A DNA stretch of 63,656 nucleotides, filler included. It is 4 parts of 4 records of this genome, joined end to end, with 100 filler letters (N's around TTAATTAATTAA, not from the genome) between each part and the next. Parts side by side here need not be neighbours in the genome. Positions count along the whole stretch, not along the records: positions 26,524 to 46,090 come from SRR9188677_156; positions 46,191 to 63,656 come from SRR9188677_157; 2 more parts are not named here. One strand, given 5' to 3'. Under the pieces are notes generated by a model, which was not told the origin of the DNA, made no database searches, and worked only from the letters and a program-made list of their open reading frames with translations. Positions 42,115 to 52,901 of this stretch are shown here, piece by piece (the first letter of the stretch is position 1; each line of letters opens with the position of its first letter). The translations under genes and the position numbers were made by a program.

Positions 42115-43911
42115 TCAGATGGCAGGCGCTGCGGTGACGTAACTACCGGGCGCAGGCGCAAGCACCTCGGCCCCCGAATCACCGGGGTTTCGCGCCTTGA
42201 TCTGCTTGCCGGACCGCGCGGCCAGCCAGTCTTTCCAGCGCGGCCACCAGCTGCCCTGATGGAATTCGGCCGCCGCTTTCCAGTCTTCCGGCGCACCGGT
42301 AAGGGCGGTCGTGCCGGTGTAATGGCCGTATTTGCCCTTGGACGGCGGATTGATGATCCCCGCGATATGGCCGCTTTCCGACAGGATGAAGGTCTTGTCC
42401 TTCGATCCCATCTTGGCCACGCCGTTGAAGCTGCCGCGCCAATGGGCGATGTGGTCGGTCTCGCAGGCGATGGCGCAGACGGGCAGCTTGATGTCGGACA
42501 GGCGCACCTTGTCGCCGAATACCGTAAAGCCATCGGTGGCGAATTCGTCGCGCTGGCACAGGCCGCGCAGGTATTCGACGGCCATCTTGGCAGGCAGGTT
42601 GGTTCCGTCGCCGTTCCAGTAAAGCAGGTCAAAGGCGGGCGGTGCCTCGCCCATCATGTAGCTCTTGATCGCAGGCTGATAGATCAGGTCGTTCGAGCGC
42701 AGGTAGCTGAAGGTCCGGCTCATGAACATCTTGGACAGGATGCCGTCGTGCTTCGACTGCCGCTCGATCCCGTCGACAAAATCGTCGTTCAGGAACACCC
42801 CCACCTCGCCCGGATCGGAGAAATCGGTCAGCGTGGTGAAAAGCGTTGCCGATTTCACCGACCGGTCCCCCGCCTTTTCCAGATGTGCCAAGGTTAACGA
42901 CAGCGTCGTGCCGGCGATGCAATAGCCCACCGCATTGATCTGCTTTTCGCCGGTGATGCGCCGCACCTCTGCCATGGCGCGGATGAAACCGTCGCGGATG
43001 TAATCGTCCATGCCGACATCGGCGTAAGTCGCATCAGGATTGACCCAGGACACGACAAACAGCGTAAAGCCCTGCTCGACGATCCATTTGACCAGCGAAT
43101 TCGCGGGCTTCATGTCCATGATGTAGAATTTGTTGATCCAAGGCGGAAAGATCAGCAGGGGCGTCTGATAGACCTTTTCGGTGGTCGGCGTGTATTGGAT
43201 CAGTTCGAACATGCGGTTGCGGTAGACCACGGCACCCGGCGTGGTGGCGATGTTCTGGCCGATGTGGAACGCTTCCTTGTCGGCCAGCGTCACCAGCAAC
43301 TCGCCGGAATTCGCCTCGATATCGTTGACGAGGTTTTCGAGCCCCTTGACCAGACTTTCGCCATCGGTCGCCACCGCTTTTTCCAGCGCGTCGGGGTTGG
43401 TGGCCAGAAAGTTCGTGGGCGAGAACATGTCGACGATCTGTTTCGAGAAATACTCGACGCGACGTCTGTCGGCATCATCCAGCGTTTCCATGTCGCCGAG
43501 CGCGGTGGTGATCGCCTCGGAATTGATCATGTATTGCTGTTTGATGAAGTTGAAATAGGGGTGGGTTTCCCACAGCGGGTTCGAGAAACGGCGGTCTTTC
43601 GGGGTGGCATCCTCGGGCGCCTTCAACTCGCCGCCCGCAAGCGCCTTTTGCGCCTCGACATAGTGGCGCAGGCTTTTGCCCCAGAAGCCGATCTGGTGTT
43701 CGATGATCTTGGCGGGGTTCTGCATCATCTCTGCCAGATAGGCCGCCGCAGCCTTGAGGTAGACATCGTTCGACGGACCGTTCAGCGCCGCATCATGGGC
43801 TTTTTTCTTGGCCAATCCGTTAACCAGCCGCTCGGTCAGCTCTTCGACACGGGCGAGGTTTGCGGTCAAACGGTCAAGCTTTGCGCCTGCGTCATTCTCT
43901 TGCGTTGTCAT
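42115..43911 (-). CDS. phaC: Class I PHA synthase
   Basis: DRRF, SPTNF..TNP, PPWINKFYI, GYCIAG lipase box, DHI and SGHIAG. Confidence 0.96.
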   Translation of the reverse strand: MTTQENDAGAKLDRLTANLARVEELTERLVNGLAKKKAHDAALNGPSNDVYLKAAAAYLAEMMQNPAKIIEHQIGFWGKSLRHYVEAQKALAGGELKAPEDATPKDRRFSNPLWETHPYFNFIKQQYMINSEAITTALGDMETLDDADRRRVEYFSKQIVDMFSPTNFLATNPDALEKAVATDGESLVKGLENLVNDIEANSGELLVTLADKEAFHIGQNIATTPGAVVYRNRMFELIQYTPTTEKVYQTPLLIFPPWINKFYIMDMKPANSLVKWIVEQGFTLFVVSWVNPDATYADVGMDDYIRDGFIRAMAEVRRITGEKQINAVGYCIAGTTLSLTLAHLEKAGDRSVKSATLFTTLTDFSDPGEVGVFLNDDFVDGIERQSKHDGILSKMFMSRTFSYLRSNDLIYQPAIKSYMMGEAPPAFDLLYWNGDGTNLPAKMAVEYLRGLCQRDEFATDGFTVFGDKVRLSDIKLPVCAIACETDHIAHWRGSFNGVAKMGSKDKTFILSESGHIAGIINPPSKGKYGHYTGTTALTGAPEDWKAAAEFHQGSWWPRWKDWLAARSGKQIKARNPGDSGAEVLAPAPGSYVTAAPAI

Positions 43912-44015
43912 ACCAACAAATCCCCCCTATCCTCGCACTTGCAGCATAGCTCCGCGACCCTTGCGGGGAAAGCAGCGAATTCGGGGGAGGTTCCCTTCCG
44001 ACAAGGAGACGTAAG

Positions 44016-45287
44016 TTGCGTTACATGTTCACCTACGACCTGATGGAAACCGCCCGCAACACGCATGAGTGGATGGGCGCGACCGCACGGGCGATGGCCT
44101 CCTATCCTGCATTCGCGCTGTCGATGAACCCCGCGCTGCCCTTGATGGCGGCATGGGGCGAGGTGACGGAACGGTCCTTCAGCCGCATGGTGGTGAAACC
44201 CGATTGGGGTATCCGCTCGATCGTCGGGCCTGACGGGCAGGACCATCTGGTCGATATCGTGCCGGTCGTGGAAAAGCCCTTTGGCAACCTGATCCATTTC
44301 TCGGTCCGCCGCCGTGCGCCCATGGCGCGCAAGGTGATGCTGGTGGCCCCGATGTCGGGACATTACGCAACCCTGCTGCGGTCGACCGTCGCCAGTCTGC
44401 TGCCCGACGCCGAAGTCTACGTGACCGATTGGCACAATGCCCGCGACATTCCGGTGTCGGCGGGCAAGTTCGATGTCGAGGATTACACGCTCTACCTTGT
44501 CGATTTCCTGCGCGCGCTTGGCCCGGACACCCATGTGATCGCCGTGTGCCAGCCTGCGCCGCTGGCTTTGGCCGCGACCGCCTATCTTGCCGCCGAAGAC
44601 CCCGAGGCCCAGCCGCGCAGCCTGACGCTGATCGGCGGGCCGATCGACCCCGATGCCGCCGCGACGGATGTGACGGATTTCGGCCGCCGGATCACCATGG
44701 GACAGTTGGAGCAGATCGCCATCCAGCGCGTTGGCTTCAAGCACAAGGGCGCCGGGCGCTTGGTCTATCCGGGCCTGTTGCAGCTGCAAAGCTTCATGTC
44801 GATGAACGCCGACCGCCATTCGAAGGCCTTCTCGGAACAGATCATGCGCGTTGCCCACGGTCAGGCATCGGACCATGACGCGCATAACAGGTTCTACGAC
44901 GAGTACCTTGCCGTGATGGACATGACGGCGGAATTCTACCTGTCCACCGTCGAACGTATCTTCAAGAACCGCGAGATCGCGCTGAACGAATTCGTCGTGG
45001 CGGGCAAGCGCGTCGATATCGGGGCGATCAACCGTGTGGCGGTGATGACGGTCGAAGGTGCGAATGACGACATTTCCGCCCCCGGCCAATGTGTTGCAGC
45101 ATTGAAGATGTTGACGGGTCTGGCCGACGAAAAGAAAGCGCAGCATCTGGAACCCGAGGCAGGGCATTACGGGATTTTCGCGGGCAAGAGCTGGCGATTG
45201 AACATCCGCCCGCTGGTGCTTGGCTTCATCGATGCCAATTCCGCCGAGCCTCCGGCAAAGAAGAAGGTCAAGCTGGCTTCGGTTTGA
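44016..45287 (+). CDS. phaZ: Intracellular PHA depolymerase
   Basis: VAPMSGHYATLLR, AVCQP, FYDEYLAVMD, VEG..DDIS and GHYGIF.G. Confidence 0.95.
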   Translation: MRYMFTYDLMETARNTHEWMGATARAMASYPAFALSMNPALPLMAAWGEVTERSFSRMVVKPDWGIRSIVGPDGQDHLVDIVPVVEKPFGNLIHFSVRRRAPMARKVMLVAPMSGHYATLLRSTVASLLPDAEVYVTDWHNARDIPVSAGKFDVEDYTLYLVDFLRALGPDTHVIAVCQPAPLALAATAYLAAEDPEAQPRSLTLIGGPIDPDAAATDVTDFGRRITMGQLEQIAIQRVGFKHKGAGRLVYPGLLQLQSFMSMNADRHSKAFSEQIMRVAHGQASDHDAHNRFYDEYLAVMDMTAEFYLSTVERIFKNREIALNEFVVAGKRVDIGAINRVAVMTVEGANDDISAPGQCVAALKMLTGLADEKKAQHLEPEAGHYGIFAGKSWRLNIRPLVLGFIDANSAEPPAKKKVKLASV

Positions 45288-45999
45288 CGCCCCGCAACAT
45301 CAGGGGCCCGTTCAGGAACTCTTCCAGCGCTGCAGTGACGGCTTCGGGCTGCTCGAGCGTGGGCAAGTGTCCTGCTTCGGGGATGACGACCAGCTTGCCA
45401 TAGGGCGCAAGGCCCGAGGTGAAGTCCTGCCGCCGGACGGGGGTGATGGTGTCGCTTTCGCCGGCAATCACCAGAACCGGCAGCATGGCGCGGCGCAGCG
45501 TCTTTTGCTGGTCGGGGCGGCGCTGCGAGGCGCGCGACTGGCGCATGAACACCCCCTCGCCCAGGCTTAGGCCCATGTCCTGCATCAGCGCCATGATCTC
45601 GACCCGCCACGGGCTTTGGGCAAAAGCCTCGGGCGGGTATTCGTGCACGATGGCCTCTTTCAGCCGCCCGGATTTGGCCGCCACGATGCGCGCTTCGCGG
45701 GCGGCGGCATTGGCGGGCGCCTCGGCCAAGGGATCGGTCGAGATCAGCGCCACGCGGGTGACGCGGTCCATGTCGCGACGCAGGATATCAAGCGCGATGT
45801 CGCCGCCAAGGCCGCAGCCGACCAGCGCGAACTTGGCGGGCGCATGGGCCAGCACGCGTTCGGCCATCTGCTCGACCGATTCACCCGTGCCGGGCACGGC
45901 GATCTGGATGGCGTGCTTTGCCCCCAGATGCACGATCTGCGGCAGGAAGATGCGGGCGTCGCACAGGATGCCGGGGATGAACAGGATGGGATCGGTCAC
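45268..45999 (-). CDS. Alpha/beta-fold hydrolase
   Basis: PG.LCD, GCGLGG (Gly at the usual nucleophile position), GESD and AGHLPTLE.P; 20-nt convergent overlap with phaZ. Confidence 0.85.
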   Translation of the reverse strand: MTDPILFIPGILCDARIFLPQIVHLGAKHAIQIAVPGTGESVEQMAERVLAHAPAKFALVGCGLGGDIALDILRRDMDRVTRVALISTDPLAEAPANAAAREARIVAAKSGRLKEAIVHEYPPEAFAQSPWRVEIMALMQDMGLSLGEGVFMRQSRASQRRPDQQKTLRRAMLPVLVIAGESDTITPVRRQDFTSGLAPYGKLVVIPEAGHLPTLEQPEAVTAALEEFLNGPLMLRGVKPKPA

Positions 46000-46090
46000 G
46001 GGGCGGGGTGTTCCTTGCGGTTGGCGTCAGGGTAGACTCGGTTGGGTGCCGGACCAAGGCCGGAATTTGACGCAAATTCCGCGCCGATTT

Positions 46091-46190
46091 NNNNNNNNNN
46101 NNNNNNNNNNNNNNNNNNNNNNNNNNNNNNNNNNTTAATTAATTAANNNNNNNNNNNNNNNNNNNNNNNNNNNNNNNNNNNNNNNNNNNN
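46091..46190. other. Artificial contig-join spacer
   Basis: N-run with TTAATTAATTAA; GC-rich to very AT-rich change. Confidence 0.98.
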
Positions 46191-46616
46191 CATTGTCCAA
46201 TATTCCCCACTGCTGCCTCCTCAACAGAGATTGGGCCCTTTTCAGTCCCAACGTGGTTGTACGTCCTCCCAGACCAACTAAAGATCACAGGCTTGGTCCC
46301 CTTTTATTAAACCAACTACCATAATCTTACAATAATTACTTTTCACAACGATTAATCTTTATATAAAATAAATTGAATGAGGCAATCTTTAAAAACCACT
46401 TTACTCCATAAAAAATATGAAATAAAATTCATTTTAATTTATTTTAACTTATAAGGAGTTTAAATAACAATTGTTAATACGGAATTCCTTGCTGCGAAAA
46501 TTTTATATTAATGCATTACTCACTCGTACGCCATGAAAATTAATTTTCATTCGACTCGCATGTGTTAGGCACACCCATAGCGTTCACTCTGAGCCAGAAT
46601 CAAACCCATTCAATTC
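46191..46616 (-). rRNA. rns: Mitochondrial SSU rRNA, 5' portion (end approximate)
   Basis: Minus strand has GTTTGATTCTGGCTCAG, CCTAACACATGCGAGTCG and GGAGGCAGCAGTGGGGAATATTGGACAATG. Confidence 0.93.
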
Positions 46617-46696
46617 TAATCAAAAATCAATTTCGATAATTTAGACGTAACGCTAATAAAAAATTTATTAGCAATTTTTGATTTTTTATTTTATCT

Positions 46697-46770
46697 TCGA
46701 CCTGAGTGGATTTGAACCACTGACTTTACGCTTATCAAACGTACACTCTAACCAACTGAGTTACAGGTTA
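46697..46770 (-). tRNA. trnI: mt tRNA-Ile(GAU)
   Basis: Cloverleaf with loop TT-GAT-AA; acceptor TAACCTG/CAGGTCG has U1.G72 and A2xC71. Confidence 0.92.
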
Positions 46771-46771
46771 T

Positions 46772-48733
46772 TTATAAAACAGTAACCAAAACATAAATAA
46801 AAACCAATCCATAAAACATCGTTGAAAAATAAAAAGATAACCTACCGTTCTGTAAATGCAGTACCGCGCCACTTACTTTTGTTAAAAACCTAACACTACC
46901 TAAAGGACCAAAAATTTCCACAAATCCACGATCAATAACTCTAAACATGAACGCAAAACCGAATTCTAAAAAGTTTAATACAATATATTTATTATAAAAT
47001 TCATCAAAACAAAATTTTTTATTGAAAAATGTATATAAAAATAGTATACTTCTAATAATAAAACCGGAAAAATTAATATAAGATTTTACCATTAAAGCAT
47101 AAATAAAAAAACCTTTAAAATATGATACTACCAAATACCCTAAAAACAAACCAACAAAACTAAAAATCAAAGGAACCATTTTGTAAAATAACGGAATTAA
47201 TTCCAACTCAAAATAATTCCAATTTATTGCACCAAAACCTAAACTTACACCCCAAAAAGAACTTCCCATTCCAACAAACATATCTTTACAAATAAATCCA
47301 ATAAAAATACTTAAAAAAGCTAAAATACTTAACACAACTGTCATATAAATTGGCGACTCATGTACACCTGGTAACGAACCTTTATACCCATTAAATTTTC
47401 CAAAAAAAACTAATGTTAACAACCGCATTGAATAAAACGCGGTAAAAAACGCTGCGGTACTACCTATAAAAAAAACAAAAAAACCTTCTACAGTATAAAG
47501 ACTACACGCTCCTTCTAAAATAAAATCTTTTGAATAAAAACCAGTCAAAAATGGAAAACCTGTTAACGCTAAAGAACCTATTAAAAAACAAATATAACTT
47601 AAGGGCAACAATTTTACCAAACCACCCATTTTCCGTATGTCCTGTTCGTCACTGACAGCATGTATAACAGCTCCCGCACTTAAGAACAAAAGCGCTTTAA
47701 AAAATGCATGATTTGATAAATGAAAAATTGCGCCTTGAAAATTCGATAAACCACACGCAAATACCATATAACCTAGCTGGCTACACGTTGAATAAGCGAT
47801 AATCTTTTTTAAGTCATGCTGAAATGCTCCTACAACCGCAGCAAAAAAACTTGTTAAACCACCTACCACAACTACCACTTTTAAAAAATCAGTTGAAAGT
47901 TCGAACAATGTGCTACAGCGCAATAATAAAAAAACACCTGCTGTTACCATTGTTGCTGCATGAATCAACGCTGACACAGGTGTTGGGCCTTCCATAGCAT
48001 CTGGTAACCATGTATGTAGTCCTAGTTGAGCTGATTTTCCTACAACACCAATAAACAAAAATAAATTTATCAAAAACAAACTAGAAATACTAAAACCAAA
48101 CAATACAAAATCGTCAATAGTATACAACGACGCCATAAAAGAAATAAAATTAAAATCTAAACTTTTAAAAAAAAAAAAACAAAGTGAAATTCCAATTAAA
48201 AGGCCTAAATCACCCACACGATTAACAATTACCGCTTTTAACGCGGATTTAACAGCCTTCTGACGAGTAAACCAAAAACTAATTAATAAATATGAAGAAA
48301 TACCTACTCCTTCCCAACCTAAAAATAACTGCGCAAAGTTTTTAGCTGTTACTAAAAACAACATAAAAGCCGTAAATAGTGATAAATAACTCATAAACCT
48401 TACCAAAAAAGGATCACCATTCATATAATCATACGAATATAAGTGCACCAAACATGAAATACCGGTAACAACTATCAACATTACACAAGTTAATGAATCA
48501 TACATAAAACCCCATGCAAAATTTAATAACGACACTTTAAACCAGTCAAAACATGGTACATAACACACACTTTGCATTAAACAAACTTCATAAAATGCAA
48601 ATAACGAAACCAGTAAAGCAAAAAAACAATTAGTTATCGCAATTAATGAACTCCCAACACGACCAAAAAATCGACCAAACAACCATAATAAAAATACGCT
48701 ACTTATTGGAAAATACAACACTAATAAATACAT
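46772..48733 (-). CDS. nad5: NADH dehydrogenase subunit 5
   Basis: GWEGVG, NRVGD, KSAQLGLHTWLPDAMEGPTPVSALIHAATMV and HAFFKALLFL. Confidence 0.98.
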   Translation of the reverse strand: MYLLVLYFPISSVFLLWLFGRFFGRVGSSLIAITNCFFALLVSLFAFYEVCLMQSVCYVPCFDWFKVSLLNFAWGFMYDSLTCVMLIVVTGISCLVHLYSYDYMNGDPFLVRFMSYLSLFTAFMLFLVTAKNFAQLFLGWEGVGISSYLLISFWFTRQKAVKSALKAVIVNRVGDLGLLIGISLCFFFFKSLDFNFISFMASLYTIDDFVLFGFSISSLFLINLFLFIGVVGKSAQLGLHTWLPDAMEGPTPVSALIHAATMVTAGVFLLLRCSTLFELSTDFLKVVVVVGGLTSFFAAVVGAFQHDLKKIIAYSTCSQLGYMVFACGLSNFQGAIFHLSNHAFFKALLFLSAGAVIHAVSDEQDIRKMGGLVKLLPLSYICFLIGSLALTGFPFLTGFYSKDFILEGACSLYTVEGFFVFFIGSTAAFFTAFYSMRLLTLVFFGKFNGYKGSLPGVHESPIYMTVVLSILAFLSIFIGFICKDMFVGMGSSFWGVSLGFGAINWNYFELELIPLFYKMVPLIFSFVGLFLGYLVVSYFKGFFIYALMVKSYINFSGFIIRSILFLYTFFNKKFCFDEFYNKYIVLNFLEFGFAFMFRVIDRGFVEIFGPLGSVRFLTKVSGAVLHLQNGRLSFYFSTMFYGLVFIYVLVTVL

Positions 48734-48736
48734 TGT

Positions 48737-49045
48737 TTAACCTTTTATATTTTGTATACTATCTACCGCAATATAACCTTGCAACCTATAAAACACAACT
48801 AAAATTGCTAATCCGATCGCAGACTCCGATGCTGCAACGGTTAAAATAATTAAAGTGAAAATCTGACCAACTAAATCCCACCAAAGCAAAGAATATAATA
48901 AAAAATTAATATTACAAGCCAAAAGCAATAATTCAATCGACATTATAACAATAATAATATTTTTCCGACTGAAAAATATTCCATAAACCCCTATAAGAAA
49001 CAGAACAAACGGCAAATATAAAAACCAAATCATGGCTTTATCCAT
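48737..49045 (-). CDS. nad4L: NADH dehydrogenase subunit 4L
   Basis: MSIELLLLA and VAASESAIGLAILV. Confidence 0.96.
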   Translation of the reverse strand: MDKAMIWFLYLPFVLFLIGVYGIFFSRKNIIIVIMSIELLLLACNINFLLYSLLWWDLVGQIFTLIILTVAASESAIGLAILVVFYRLQGYIAVDSIQNIKG

Positions 49046-50099
49046 TTACACTAATTTTATTATACCATAAAGACCAGGTTGGAAAATCAAACGCTTCAAT
49101 ATGAACAGGCATAAAACCATGATTAACACCACAAATCTCACTACATTGACCATAATAGGTTCCGGGATACCAAATATACATGAAAGTTTGATTTAATCTT
49201 CCAGGACAAGCATCCATTTTAACACCCAATGCTGGAACCGCCCAACTATGCAAAACATCAGTAGAGGTAATGATTAATCTTATATAAACATTTGCTGGTA
49301 ATACTAAAGGATTATCTGTTTCTAACAACCGACGATCGCCAAAAGAAAGCATATCAGTTGGAACCATATAACTAGTAATCTCATGCGACTTTAAATTATC
49401 AATATCCAACCCATCCGCACTATCAAAACCAAAGCAATTAATTTCATAAGTCCAATACCATTGATGGCCTATAACTTTAATAACTAACATGCTCTGATCA
49501 ACATATTCATCCATCGAGTACAACAATAAAAACGACGGAATAGCAATACATAACAATATTAACGACGGAATGATTGTCCAAACAACCTCAATTGTTGTCC
49601 AATGATGAAAATTTCTTAACTCCCAACCAAACAAAAGCTTTTTATACTCGTTTTCAATTGTATCATTTTTTAATGTGACAAAAGGATTATTTCTTACACT
49701 TTCCTTCAAATAAGCACTCCATACGACACTGCTTGACCCTGCTAAGTGTGTTTTAAGCGCATTTTGCGCTGGTAATTTATCTAAAAATTGCACAAATAAA
49801 TGTTTGACAATACGACGCCAATGCCAAGTAAATGCATATTCCCTATGTGCTACAAAAATCCATATTATTAACCAACCAACAAATCCTATAATAAAAAATA
49901 AATAAAAACAAATATATGCATGCAAATCAATAATTCCATCCATAATAGGACTCGCTGGACCTTGAAATGCTGCTTGGCCATAATCCGCTGCTCCAACAAA
50001 ATTTGGGATATGCTCAAAACTACCAAAAGAGTTGTTTATTAAAACTCGTCCTAACTCAGACATTTTGTTCGAAAATGATTGTATCACATTAAATAACAT
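49038..50099 (-). CDS. cox2: Cytochrome c oxidase subunit 2 (N-terminal extension and internal insertion)
   Basis: FQ.PASPIM.GIIDLH, IEVVWT, GHQWYW, DVLHSWAVP and the CuA motif CSEICGVNHGFM. Confidence 0.97.
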   Translation of the reverse strand: MLFNVIQSFSNKMSELGRVLINNSFGSFEHIPNFVGAADYGQAAFQGPASPIMDGIIDLHAYICFYLFFIIGFVGWLIIWIFVAHREYAFTWHWRRIVKHLFVQFLDKLPAQNALKTHLAGSSSVVWSAYLKESVRNNPFVTLKNDTIENEYKKLLFGWELRNFHHWTTIEVVWTIIPSLILLCIAIPSFLLLYSMDEYVDQSMLVIKVIGHQWYWTYEINCFGFDSADGLDIDNLKSHEITSYMVPTDMLSFGDRRLLETDNPLVLPANVYIRLIITSTDVLHSWAVPALGVKMDACPGRLNQTFMYIWYPGTYYGQCSEICGVNHGFMPVHIEAFDFPTWSLWYNKISVNG

Positions 50100-50133
50100 A
50101 AAAAATTTATTGAAATATTTTTAATAGAAAACT

Positions 50134-50205
50134 CGGTGGAGATGGGAGTTGAACCCACATCATTCAAGTCGACAACCTGACCCTTTACCATTAAGATACT
50201 CCACA
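50134..50205 (-). tRNA. trnD: mt tRNA-Asp(GUC)
   Basis: Loop TT-GTC-GA and G73; acceptor TGTGGAG/CTCCACC has U1xC72. Confidence 0.92.
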
Positions 50206-50208
50206 AAC

Positions 50209-50282
50209 TACCCCCTGCGGGATTTGAACCCGCGTTACTGCCTTGAAAGAGCAATGTCCTGACCAGACTAGACGAAAGGGGT
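50209..50282 (-). tRNA. trnE: mt tRNA-Glu(UUC)
   Basis: Loop CT-TTC-AA; acceptor ACCCCTT/AGGGGGT is paired. Confidence 0.93.
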
Positions 50283-50304
50283 AATTTGTATAACTTTTAT
50301 AAGG

Positions 50305-50419
50305 ATGAAACTATATTCAACTTGTTTTTTTATTTAACCTCAATAAAGAAAACAAGCATTACACATTAAACGAGGTCAAAATGGTTTCGATTTTTGTAAT
50401 TATAAAAATATAATTTCAC
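50305..50419 (-). rRNA. rrn5: Candidate divergent mitochondrial 5S rRNA
   Basis: 115 nt. Terminal helix GTGAAATTATATT/AATATAGTTTCAT, ATTACA/TGTAAT helix II, CGA-AACCATTTTGACC-TCG loop-C-like hairpin, and a long CTTGTTTT(C)TTTATT/AATAAAAAAACAAG hairpin. Confidence 0.7.
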
Positions 50420-50432
50420 TAGTTTTCAGTAT

Positions 50433-50503
50433 TGGCGGAAGTCAGAATTGAACTAACATCTACAGATCATGAGCCTGTCGGGTTACCATTACCCCATTCC
50501 ATA
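50433..50503 (-). tRNA. trnM: mt tRNA-Met(CAU), possibly the initiator
   Basis: Anticodon arm ACAGG-CTCATGA-TCTGT; acceptor TATGGAA/TTCCGCC has U1xC72, A2xC71 and U3.G70. Confidence 0.88.
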
Positions 50504-50512
50504 ACACCAAAA

Positions 50513-50585
50513 TACCCTTGATAGGATTCGAACCTATATCTCAACCATTATGAGCGGTTTGTTTTAACCATTAAACTACAAGCCC
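50513..50585 (-). tRNA. mt tRNA with CAU anticodon (Ile2/lysidine type or elongator Met)
   Basis: Anticodon arm AACCG-CTCATAA-TGGTT; acceptor GGGCTTG/CAAGGGT has G1.U72, G2xG71 and G3xG70. Confidence 0.85.
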
Positions 50586-50599
50586 TTATAAAAATAATT

Positions 50600-50671
50600 G
50601 CGAATATAACTCAGCGGTAGAGTGCCAGATTGTGGTTCTGGAAGTCATGGGTTCAAATCCCATTATTCGCC
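50600..50671 (+). tRNA. trnH: mt tRNA-His(GUG)
   Basis: GCGAATA/TATTCGC acceptor, loop TT-GTG-GT and C73; position -1 (50599) is T. Confidence 0.95.
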
Positions 50672-50691
50672 TATTTAAACAAAATAACTAA

Positions 50692-52897
<2,206 letters not shown>

Positions 52898-52901
<4 letters not shown>

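Noticed and set aside
26864-46138. Many long overlapping or antisense ORFs (e.g. 31005-32519, 35821-37215, 40762-41961, 43908-45167)
   Set aside because: They are shadow ORFs expected in high-GC DNA opposite well-supported genes, and have no recognisable motifs.
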